Shown: piece after piece, positions 53,132-64,000 of the stretch
Layout: every line of letters begins with the position of its first letter
Position numbering within the stretch: the first letter of the stretch is position 1
Assembly: GCA_951406725.2 (NCBI GenBank)
Contig: OX597826.1
Location: 18,538,001 to 18,602,000, forward strand
Source: Octopus vulgaris
Lineage: Eukaryota
Direction: 5' to 3'
DNA length: 64,000 nucleotides
Translations under genes and position numbers: made by a program
Notes under the pieces: model-generated
Seen by the model: the letters and a program-made list of their open reading frames with translations, nothing else
The model's database searches: none
What the model was told of the DNA's origin: nothing

Positions 53132-53739
53132 GTGTGCAGAGAATGTAGTACCGAGTGTTCTATAACTGTTTTATAATGCTATGTTAATTACTGACAATAA
53201 AATTATGTAAGATCACGAGAGTCCCATGCATATACATACTCACTTCTTATCAAAATAATTTTGAAATATGAAATGTGTCTATGGCTGGATATGGATTCTA
53301 TCAAATTATGAATTAGAGAAACAGGAAGAAACAAACAGAAATTAATGACACTTAACATGAATTGTGTAATTCTAATCAATGGTCTCAGATGATATGATGG
53401 AATGTATTTTAGAGTGAATAAACTTCTAAAATTGGGTGTGCAAGAATTTTAATGTGAAAACAAGGCATTTTGTTAATAACTTCTCAATCAATAAGACAAA
53501 GAAGGAAAAGAATAAATTCCTTAACATGGAAAGGAATTGTAGTCATAATTAATATTATTTTCAGAAGATAATTATGAAACTTAAACAGCAGAAAATGAGT
53601 GTGTTTCTTTTATTTTGAGTATATAACAAGCTAAGAAAGAGAACAAGTTATGAAAATAACAATCCAACCATATTCTTCCATTCTTAATCCACTTTGAGAG
53701 ACTATGTGTAGAGATACAGGAAGTGTTCTATGAAACATC

Positions 53740-54312
53740 TCTGGCAGCCCTGCTGACACGTAACAAGGGTTGAGTGTGAGCTTAATAAAGATTTGGTATG
53801 CAGATGCAAAAAGTGAGTAGGTAGGAACTGTGTACCTGATACCAACAATGGGCAACAACAGGTGTAATGTGGTCTAAGGCAAACTGATAGGGATGGATTT
53901 TATATAACAGAAGAAGCTAGCAGTAAGAGCACCCAAGAAAGAAAGAAGTAACAAACCCAGAAAGTTCATTAGAAATAGTTGATAGCTTCTGCTACTTAGG
54001 AGATAAATAATCCCATAGAGGAGATGAGCATTATAAAAGCTAGAGTGAGGACAGAGTCAAAAAAGTTCAAGGAGCTTTTATTTCGGTTGATAACAAAGGT
54101 CTTTTCTTTCTGAGTAAAGAGTAAAGTGTATGAAGACTAGTTTTCAGAATATGATACAGCATAGTTGTGAGATATAAATACGAAATGCTGAAGATACATG
54201 AAATCAGGAATGCAACAAGGAAACAGAAATAAATTTATCCTCTGCTGGATGTGCAATGTCAGCATACATGAATGAGAGAGCACGAAAATACTGAAAGAAA
54301 AACTAGACATCA
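53740..54312 (+). pseudogene. Old RTE family 1-like internal fragment
   Basis: SLEIVDSFCYLGDK..KARVRT..KKFKELL..VKSKVYE..LCWMCNVS; heavily decayed. Confidence 0.7.
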
Positions 54313-54784
54313 TCACCACTTCTAGAGAGGTCACCAAGTAACTTGCAAGAGACAGAGACCCCGTACCTGCCTCAACTGAGTTGGGAAGTATTACTGAGGG
54401 AGGTGGCTTTGTGCCAGTTGATGAAGAGTATGATAGTAGGAGAGAAACAAATGTTTTGCTGTAGAAGAGAATCATGGTTAGTCCAGCAGGGGGGTGGGGG
54501 AGAAGAGAGAGAAACAGTGAAGTTGGTGAAGATGTGTCGAGTTACAGAGAAGTGAATCTAAGTGAAGTGGTCCAGAGAATTGGACAGCGTGAGTGGGTAA
54601 ATTCATAAGAGTGCAAAAGGAGAGGAAAGAGAAAGTAGAGCAGGGAGGGGGTGGATGCATTAAGTGGTGAATGCGAGTGAGGGAGTGATAGGAAGATGAA
54701 TTGCAGAGGAAAGATTTGTCAAGGACAGCTTGTGTGTAGGGGCAAAGACATATACAACAAGCCTTTAGGGTCACATTTTTGCTT

Positions 54785-55245
54785 GAATAGATCTTCCCAA
54801 ACTCAGCAAATCCCCAATATCTTGGTCCTTTGTCATCTCTGTGAGGCTCAACATCCAAATGCCATTCTTCCCAAGTCTTCTCGAATCTTCCTCTTCCACA
54901 GGTTCCATCTACATTTAATGATTAGAACTTCTTTATCCAGCTGCTCTCATCTATACGCATCACACAGCTAAGCCTATGCAGTCCTCTCTCTTGCACACTA
55001 CACCTCATGCCTCTTATGCCCAATTTTTCTCTCAACACATTTACATTTTGTTGTACATGCACCTTGTTACACATCCAGTAGAACATGCTAGCTTTGTTTC
55101 TTTTAAGTCGTTTTATCCAAGCCCATGTTTCACTAACACGTAGCATTGTTGCTTGTACATTTGCATAGTACAGTCTGCCTTTTGTTGCCAACAGAAGCAA
55201 CAGCTCTCTGAACTTTCTCCATCCTGTTCTTTTTCTAGCAACCTC
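54785..55245 (-). pseudogene. RTE LINE fragment
   Basis: ORF 54922-55200 KGRLYYANVQATMLRVSETWAW..LREKLGIRGMRCSVQER. Confidence 0.85.
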
Positions 55246-55392
55246 CGTTGCTACTAAATTATAACTATAACCCTTTCAGTAACTTTTATGACCTGGTCCA
55301 GCAATTTGATGCCTCTGCAATTACCTATCTCTAAGGCATCTTCTTTACCCTTGTAACTGTTGACTATAATGCTATATCATACAGTTCTATAT

Positions 55393-55630
55393 GGGCATAT
55401 GGTGTAGTGGTTAAGAGCGCAGGCTACTAACCCTAAGATTCCGAGTTCGATTCCTGGATAATAATAATAATAATAATAACAACAACAACAACATCAAAAA
55501 ATACCTTAGGAATGAGAACCCAGGTTTGAAATTTCCCCAAGACACCTGATGAAGGCTTGGAGGGTATAACAACAAACAAGATGAGGACAAATATCCGTCG
55601 AATATAAATAATGTAAATAATGTAAAGAAT
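55393..55630 (+). mobile_element. SINE family D: tRNA-derived head, (AAT/AAC)n linker, 3' module containing CTGATGA
   Basis: A box TGGTGTAGTGG (55400-55410), B box GAGTTCGATTC (55443-55453), anticodon-loop-like CTACTAA, CTGATGA at 55546-55552, (AAATAATGT)n tail. Confidence 0.8.
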
Positions 55631-57610
55631 GCTACATTAGTCATTGGACATGAAACCTTCCTGTACAACCTGATCAACTTTATGAATCACTAGGCTCTAT
55701 TGCACTCCACCAGACAGCTACCAAACTGCTGTTGTGGACATAAGTGGTGACAACTGATCTCAGGCTGGGGAGCCTCACAACAGGAGATGACAAAGGAATG
55801 TGACAAGTGGAGAGACTGTGTTGAAATTGACTTGGCTAAAGCATGCTTACACAGAAAAGTGAACATGACATCAGTGATGATGACAGCTGGACACTCAAAG
55901 AATTTTGTGTCTTTTCTTCCCTTCTTTGCTGTCTTTGAGGTAATTATACACAGCTTATGAGAATTTCTGTAAAACTGATAATCACATAAGTTTGAAATTT
56001 TCAAAAGGTCTATAGGCAAAAGAACATAACCAAGGATAAGACACATGTCAGTGATGTGAGCCATAATTGCCCAATAGCAATAGAGAAGTGTGTTGCCTTC
56101 CGGAGTATGAAGAAGAAAATACACCAAGTGCTAAATACACTGTGTAATCAGCCCAAGCAATAATTACAAGGAGAGAAAATGCAGTAGGATTTTACAGACT
56201 AAAAGATGTACTGTAATAGATAATAACATGAAAACAGAAGCAGCTATTAAGCGGAGACCATAGGTTTGCTGGAAGTAATTTATAAATTCTGTTACCCAAA
56301 CAATATAAGAAGTGCTCAAAATGGAGCTAGTGACATCATAGTAATTGGGACCTTAAAGTGTGGGGAACAGCAACCCACCTCTGTTAGAAAGATTGCAGTT
56401 AAGTGCAAAGTGCAACAAAGAACTGTGAATGTAAATGATTCACAGCAACTGAATATGGTAAGCTGAATAAAAAAGAAAGGCTATGTGCAATGCAAATGAA
56501 TGAGAAAGCAACATCAAAAACACAAGAATATTTGGTCGGTGTATGGAGACAAGTCCACCTAGTAAGAATCTAGGACATGAATGGATGATGCATGGCAGGA
56601 AGAAAACTATTGTTGTGGTTATGATGATGATGTTGACAACAAAGTTAATCATGACAGTCTTCATCAGTATTGTCATTGCTGTTGTTGTGATCATCATCAT
56701 CATCTAACTCACAAACAGTTGGTCCCTAGTATTTAGATTGAATATAAAATCCAAAATGGCAAAAAAATGTTGAACGATATAAAACTAAAGGAAAACTACA
56801 GGTGTCGCATTTACCCAGTTGAAAAACTTCATAATTGTTGATACAAAAAAGAAAAAGAAATAGATAAACTGATGAACGGAAGTGTAAATAGTTTCAAAAC
56901 GTTTTCACCCAACTGCTTTTAGAGTAGTTTAGCTTCGCTGATTTCTTTAGTCTAACATCTCTTAAAAGAATCCATAATAAATTTTTGTTTCTTTGAGAAG
57001 AAACTGCAAATTAATTGCATCCAACAGTATTAACGACCTCCTCCAAGCACTGGTTTTAATATCAAAATGGGTCTATTGATCTAGCAAAGTTGGTAAAACT
57101 GAACAGAAAATCCAAATAATTTCTAATCAAGATTTTCAAAGTCTACACTTAGTTCCAGAAGTGATTTTCATTGTTCAACATAATGAACATATTAAAGATA
57201 TCAGCAATATGACAGGAAATACAAATTATCAATTGCTAAAGAAATTTTAAATGAAACATTTTAAACACTTTATCCTGACACATACACACATGATAATGTA
57301 ATTAGGTTGGTCAGTTTTTGTCCTATCTTCCAACAAGATAAAACCTGTATACATAGAGAATTAAATGAGAGAATAGGAAATTTCCCACCATTATGCCTTA
57401 GGTGATGAAGTATCAAATGGAACTGAAATAGCAATTCTCCAGCTGCTCATCTGCATTCTTTCACTATTTGGTCCTATCACTCCAATCTTCCATCTCAGCA
57501 AGAAAATATAATCTATAATTAGTGAATTTAATAGAATTTATAATTATTGTAGCAATCTGTTCTGTCTTTCTAGGCATTTTTATATACTAAAAAAATCTAC
57601 TATCACGAGA

Positions 57611-57677
<67 letters not shown>

Positions 57678-57717
57678 CAACAGCAGCAGCAGCAGTGGTA
57701 GTAATAGTAGTAGTAGT

Positions 57718-57900
57718 AAGATAGTTAAGCTGGCAGAATTGTTAGCATGCATTCAAAACTGCATTCAAATTCTGCCAATGTCAACTTAGCCCCTTTCATC
57801 CTTTGAGGGTCAATGAAATAAGTACCAGTTAAACACTGGGATTGATATAATCAACCAGCCCCCTCCCACTAAAATTTCAGGCCTTGTGCCTATAGAAAAG
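57718..57900 (+). mobile_element. SINE family B between trinucleotide tracts
   Basis: agctggcagaattgttagcatgc..ccctttcatcctttgagggtcaatgaaataagtaccag..ggccttgtgcctatag followed by (ATT)n. Confidence 0.82.
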
Positions 57901-57937
<37 letters not shown>

Positions 57938-60464
57938 GCAGCAGCAACAGTAGTGGTACTAGAGTGCAGAAGACAGTTTGAAGGGAGTCCTTATGTCACA
58001 TTCCTAAAAATGCCTGTTATTTCCCCCTCAAGTCCTCTCTTAATTACGATTCAGTCTCATGAAGGACTAAAGATCACTTTTGTCAGAAAATATAGATAAT
58101 ACTTTAAGTGGTTGGTAATTTTTTTAGAATCCATCATTCCTATGTTAAAGAGAGTTGATATTTATTTCCAAATAGTGTGTTCTATAAAGTATCACAGTTC
58201 AATGTTTGAAGTACACCCTTTTCCAAATTTATCTTTATACAGTCCTAAAATGTTGAAGAAAAAACAAAAGAGAGAGAGAGAGAGATCCAATTAAAAATTA
58301 TTTGGATTATCTCTAAAGCATGACAATATATTAATAATGAAGAATGAGTTGGTATGCTTCTGGTCAGTTGTGGGTGAAAGACATTTATTAAGCATGGTTG
58401 GGCAGTTAAAACAGGAAATTAATTGTTTTCTGCAGCCATAATGCTAATTATAATCATGTGGAGCCACACTGGTGAAGACCAAGAGGCTAACTTGAAGTGC
58501 CTGCAATGAACACTTACCAATTAGAAGAATGGCCTTGACTTATATTTTTTCAAGTGTCTTTAGTGATGGTAAAAGGTACCACCCTAAATGAGGGAGCAAT
58601 TCTTCTTAAGTGGTGTACAGAACTCATGGCAAATGAAAAGCTGTAATATTTCTATTTTTAATTGCAAATAATGTCTAGAACAAGATGGGAAGCAAGCTTT
58701 TCACAACTGTGATAAGAAAAACTTTATAAAAGCACTTCACTATTAATACAAAAGACTGATTTGTTAAGACAATGAGAGAAGGCAGCAAAGAAAACTATTG
58801 AAAATTGTAAGAATCAAGAAAGAATACTAGCAGTAGTTGAGCCGCACATGATTGCTGACCAATTAAAGGGCAGATAGCAGACTTCACTTATATCCAAAAC
58901 TGACAACATACCGCCAACAGAACAATTGAAGATGATGGCTATTCATCAAATGAGTTTCACTAATCTCATGATTTACTTGAAGCTTGTTAAAATATACCAA
59001 CAATAACTAAAGGCTGCAATGAATTTGAAAATTACTCAAAGAATAACTAATGGCTGAAATGCCATCAGAATTTTTAATGAATGGATGATGCTGTATAATA
59101 GAACATCAAAGTCTATATTGAACTTTTCCAATTTGGAGGATTATTATCAATGTATGGCTACATGTCGTTTTCTTCTTCTTTTTCTTAAGTCTACCAATTA
59201 GATAAAATATAGAGTCAGTCTGTAGCTTCACCCTGTGTTCTAGTCAGAGACCTATAGTTTTTAGATGACTAGCTATAGTTTTTCTATGACAGTAAACTGT
59301 CATAAAAATGTAAGCACTAATTAAATGATAGCAACACAATGTAGAATAGCATCTCTTGTATCAACGAGATACATGAAATCATAAACAAATAAAACATCAA
59401 AAGTCATAGAGAGGTTTGAACCTGTTTTTAGTTTCACTAAAGGTGACATGTTAGCAGTTATTGTGTTTCTCTGTTTATCAATAATGAAAACAGAATAATG
59501 ATGATCAAAAAGTAAAAGATGGAAATTCTGATACAGATAAGATGTATTACATTTATATTAGCCATCTTTCTTGAAATATAAATACCATTCTGTATACTGA
59601 GCATTAGAAACTAACTTATCAATTAAAAGGCTCCAAAGACTGAGACATGTACCTAAACCCACAGAACCAAGTTTGGCTATGCTAGCATGGCCATAACAGA
59701 AACCTATAAATAAAAGATTTTAATCTTGTTGATAAAACTAATGCATAGGAAGGGTAGGTATAGAGTTAACAAAATGATGTTTCATGACATAAAAAAAAAA
59801 CATTTCTTAAAACTTTAACTTCCACTATTAAATTATGAAAAATACAAACTTATTTTAAATGGAGATTTTAGTCCTTCCGTAACACATTTCATAAGAATCA
59901 CATTAACTCTGTGGAAAGAAACCATATCCTGATTGCAAACTCAGAACATGGAATTGCATAGTGTCAAAGGACTGACCATATTCAATTGATCATTACTACT
60001 TCTTGGTTAATCTAAGCATTTTTTTTTTGTTTAGTCCAGCAGTTGAGATGGGTAAGAAGACTGTAGAATTAAAGTGAATACCTAACAAAGAGTGGGGTAT
60101 ACACTTTAAAGATAACCAAATGCTACCTATCTGACACTTCTCAAACAAAAGAGGCCGGTACCCTGCAATAGCTAAGACAAGGATACTACTACTACTGATG
60201 ATATATTTTGAAAAGAGAGAGAGAGAGAGAGTGAAAATATATTCATAATTTCTTTGGAATAAACAGAAGATATTTTGTATAAAAGAATGATCCATAGATA
60301 ATTGAAGTAATCCATTATTTTGTAACACTACTTTTGGTCAACTTTTGACTACCATCTTTCCAAATATTTTTTGAAGATCACTTTCCCTGCAAGTCTTGAA
60401 CAACATAATGCCAACAGGCCTCTGTAGGTCATTCAGTAACTGTTCATTGCTGAACTGGGACACC

Positions 60465-60660
60465 AAGCACAGGTGACATGCATAAGCCTGCAATTGACTG
60501 CATCAAACCCAGTATTTGACAATCATTTATTTTATTAATCTCAAATGAATGAAAGGCAATGCTCACCTCAGTGGGATTTGTACTCAAAAACATAGAGGAC
60601 TGTAATTTAAACACCAGATGGCATTTTTCCCAATGATTCTTCCGATCCACAGCTCTCTTC
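60465..60660 (-). mobile_element. SINE family B, degenerate
   Basis: gaatgaaaggcaatgctcacctcagtgggatttgtactcaaaa. Confidence 0.65.
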
Positions 60661-61273
60661 TGAGGTTACAATTGGCAGCATGAAGCAGTGAATGAAACGC
60701 AGCTCAGACCACTGCTCCCTGCATAATCACCATTGCCAAGACTTAATCACAAATAATGAAGACTAAATTTGAAATCAATAAAAATAAAATATTACGGGCT
60801 GTATTTAGCTGAGTCAATAAAATGACATACTACTGTGGGCTGAAATTTTGTAAATGAAACCCGAGTTTTAGTCTGGTAACATTTCTGGTGCCACAGCCTA
60901 GTGGTCAGTGAAAGAAGAACATTTAAATGAAAAATTAAACAAAGCAGTAATACAACAATAATAACAGTGAAGATGATGATGATAAAAAGGATGATAGTTA
61001 CGTGATTGAAGAGATTCTGATTAAGTATTAAATTTGGATAAGAGATACTTAGTTGACTAAAAACATGTCCCCCCACCACTACCACCACCATACTTTCATA
61101 TAAATACAAGGTTTAACAAAGAAATCTGATAAGTTTTAGAGAAATTACAATGTTGCCAAATATATATAAAATATTTGGCAACCTAAAGTGTGTCATTTAT
61201 AAACACATAACACTTAAGTAACATTTTCACTTAGTTTTGAAAATTACATCATTTGAATGCTTCACAATGTGGT

Positions 61274-61304
<31 letters not shown>

Positions 61305-61934
61305 ATAGCCTAGTCTGCAAGTTTGGTATAGTATGCTGCACCATGTTTTGTCACAATCTTTCAATGAATAGCAGCTTTCAACTCGTCTTGTGTGCATGGT
61401 TTATTGATGAACATTTTCCCTGTGAAATGTTCATCAATCGTCCAAAATTTCCTAAGGAAATGAACATAAAGCAAAAGGTCAAGTGATCAATTAGGCATAG
61501 CATGTCGTGATGTTGAGAAATGATACAATTAGTTACCATTTCTTTAATGTCGACGGAAGCTCTTGTATATGGGCAGTCTATCTTGTTGCAAAAGTCATAT
61601 GTTAATGACATGTCTGTTCAATTCTGAGAAAAGATGGCAGTGTAACAGGAATTCAGAATTCAGACATGCTACTGCAAATCCACTTTCTCCAAAGAAATAC
61701 AGTTCCATCACAACCAAGTTTGCCACACAACATCACATTGGTACACATTTACAGAGAAAAGGTTGCTCAGCATCATTGAGGATTGCTGTCTGATCACTTT
61801 TTTCAAGCACATTGTTCTACTTATTGAACAATCAGAAACTTGTATGGAAATTTATCAAGATGCAACATCCCTCATGCACTGAAAGTGACACTGAAAACAC
61901 TACGGCAACATAGTTGAAGATTACTACATCAACC

Positions 61935-63275
61935 ACAATTCCCAATTTCACAGAAAAGACTAGTCTACACAATACAGTCTATCTCCTGATGCTCAACCAT
62001 TGAACTATTTATTTTTACCAAAAAGTGTTTTTGAAACTGTTGCAGAGGAATCAAATGTTCAATGCATAATTTCTATTCATGGAAGACCTGATCCACTCAG
62101 GAAATGCGAGCTTTCTTTACTATAAACATTGTTTGGCATCAAACAGCTTCCTCAACTGTGGAACTACTAGAATGCTGATATAAGGTATGGTGATCCATAT
62201 ATCTCCAGCATTATGTGTAACTATAGTTAATTCATATATTGTTTATGTAAAAAGTCACAAGGAACCTCCACCACCAAAGGATTGCGACCATTTGAAATTT
62301 CAGGTTCACATCACATTTCAGTTATGTCAAAGTTTTTCTTCCAGGATGCACAGAACTGGGAGAAAAGCAAAATTAACTGAGGTGGATGTCAACAGAGAAT
62401 ATATTGACTTCCATAAAGTGGAAAAAATAAATGGAAGGGAAAATGTTTGCAGACTGTGTTCGCTGCAAAAAAAGAAAAACTGCAAAAGGACCTCATCTAT
62501 GTGTTCGTTTTGCAAAGTGACCTTGTGTTTTACACAACATCCTTTGGACAGTTTCATGATAGAAATATAGCATAACTATATTTTGTTGTTTGATAGTAAT
62601 ACTATCCTATATTCCTTTCATTTTATTACAATAATATGTGAAAGGGAGAAATACATATTAATTTTCACTATGTTGCACATCTGTATTCACCTTTGCCTCA
62701 CCTGTTAATGAGCTTTTCTTTATTAGATGCATTCTGTTATGTAAATGTATTCACTGAATTGTATAAGAGTACACAGCCAATGATAGATTGACTAGTAAAA
62801 GAGTATTGTACTTTATTTTCAATGAAAATGTTTGAATGAAATATAGAGAAAGAATAAAATCTTGTACCAATTAAGCCTGTATTTTAATTAATTCAAATTA
62901 ATGTACCTCATCTTGGAAAGTGGCAAAATGTTTGGCAGTTGACATCTGGGATAATTTTAGTAACAAATCAAACGGGTAAAATGCATTAAGAATTTCAATT
63001 TTGATGTCTATCCATAATGTTATTGCTTTTATACCTGTTAATTAAATTTACCTGCCCATAAATGTCAAATTTAATCGATAAGATTAGCTAAAATTGCATA
63101 ACTTTAATCCACTGGTATATAAGTACCCACTGACAAAATTTCAAATTTGTATGTAAAAAATTTACAAAGTTACAAGCAAATATTGTGGACACCCCTCTTG
63201 AACCTGAATAATTCCAAACAACGTGAACAAATGGTCATTACATTTGACAGATTAATCTGAACACTAAAGGATTAA
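61935..63275 (+). mobile_element. Internally deleted piggyBac element with right terminus and TTAA
   Basis: PNFTE..QPLNYF/LFLPKSVFETVAEESN..QEMRAFFTINI/FGIKQLPQLWNY* joined to IVNSYIVY..HLKFQVHITFQL..CRLC..RTSSMCSFCKVTLC (Cys-rich domain, ORF 62187-62570); terminus aatctgaacactaaagga-TTAA (63272-63275). Confidence 0.85.
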
Positions 63276-63277
63276 AT

Positions 63278-63590
63278 GAATTGAGCCCCAGTACTTATTT
63301 CTTTAAGTCTGGTATTTATTCTACTGGTCTCTTTTGCCAAGACAACGCATTACAGGGACGTAAACAAACCAATACTTGTTGTCAAGCAGTAGTGGAGGAC
63401 TAACACAAAGACACACACACACACACAACATTGATATATATTCAATTGGCTTCTTTCAGCTTCTGTCTATCAAATTCACTCTTTGGGCGATCTGAGGTTT
63501 ATAACAGAAGACAGTCACCCAAGGTGCCACGCAGTGAGACTGAATCCGGTTGGAATTCAAGCTTCTTATCACAGAGCCACAACCATCTCA
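63278..63590 (-). mobile_element. SINE family A
   Basis: ccccagtacttatt..ggcttctttcagcttctgtctatcaaattcact..cccaaggtgccacgcagtgagactgaa. Confidence 0.8.
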
Positions 63591-64000
63591 AATTACTTGC
63601 ATACCACATATAAAAGTGCTAAAAAGTATATTTTCTGGTATTTGGTTTATCAATGCAGGATAGAGAGAAGCTGACCACAACAAAATTCAAGTCTTAAAAA
63701 AAAATGAAATGGTGCCAAGTTCTGTGGCACAAGACAACTGACTCAACATTCCAAATCCTGTTTGAGCCAATTTCAAAAACACAAAGTATAGAAAATTAGA
63801 TAAATTCTTTGAGGTGGTGGTGGGTCATCTCTTCTTTCTTTCTTTTTTTTTTAATATTATTCTGACAAATCTATATATGTGTGTGAAGGAAAAGTGAATA
63901 GATAAAGAATAATCATGAATTACTGTCACATATTTTCTAAATCTCAGAGAATCATTTTACCCAAGATAGATAAATGACTTCTTTTTTTTTTCTTTTTTTC

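Noticed and set aside
55393-55460. Functional tRNA gene
   Set aside because: There is no acceptor-stem closure and the sequence continues into a SINE body; the same applies to the heads at 1700-1768 and 37834.
61403-61438. 14-bp hairpin, plus small palindromes near 14935 and 61153
   Set aside because: Short, AT-rich and without supporting context; compatible with chance or local strand slippage.

Overview
AT-rich animal (metazoan) DNA with no intact host protein-coding gene that I can support. The mix of tRNA-derived SINEs, RTE LINEs and very long (TA)n/(CA)n/(TACA)n arrays resembles an octopus (coleoid cephalopod) genome; the species assignment is inference. Nearly all ORFs in the supplied track are microsatellite read-through artefacts. 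What is recognisable is mostly decayed transposons. Retroelements: many 5'-truncated RTE LINEs (one 1.2 kb RT fragment with a PHD-like insert), R4/Dong, Hero, Tx1-like and Penelope-like remnants, and at least four SINE families. DNA elements: Tc1 (DD34E), mariner, maT-like, piggyBac with matching TTAA MITEs, a hAT MITE with an intact 8-bp TSD, and two non-autonomous Helitrons. Three observations stand out. (1) At 51.3-53.2 kb a decayed Ty3/Gypsy Gag-like coding sequence has its motifs split by short GT-AG intron-like segments and is followed by a Bicaudal-D coiled-coil fragment, another short intron and a polyA signal. (2) Seven fold-back palindromes sit next to TA/CA microsatellites, several centred on hammerhead-ribozyme core fragments, and one tRNA-headed SINE carries a hammerhead 5' core. 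(3) Tailed RTE copies are strongly biased to the minus strand, suggesting the window is inside a large intron of a plus-strand gene. All protein assignments come from manual translation and motif recognition, not database searches, and coordinates of degenerate repeats are approximate.
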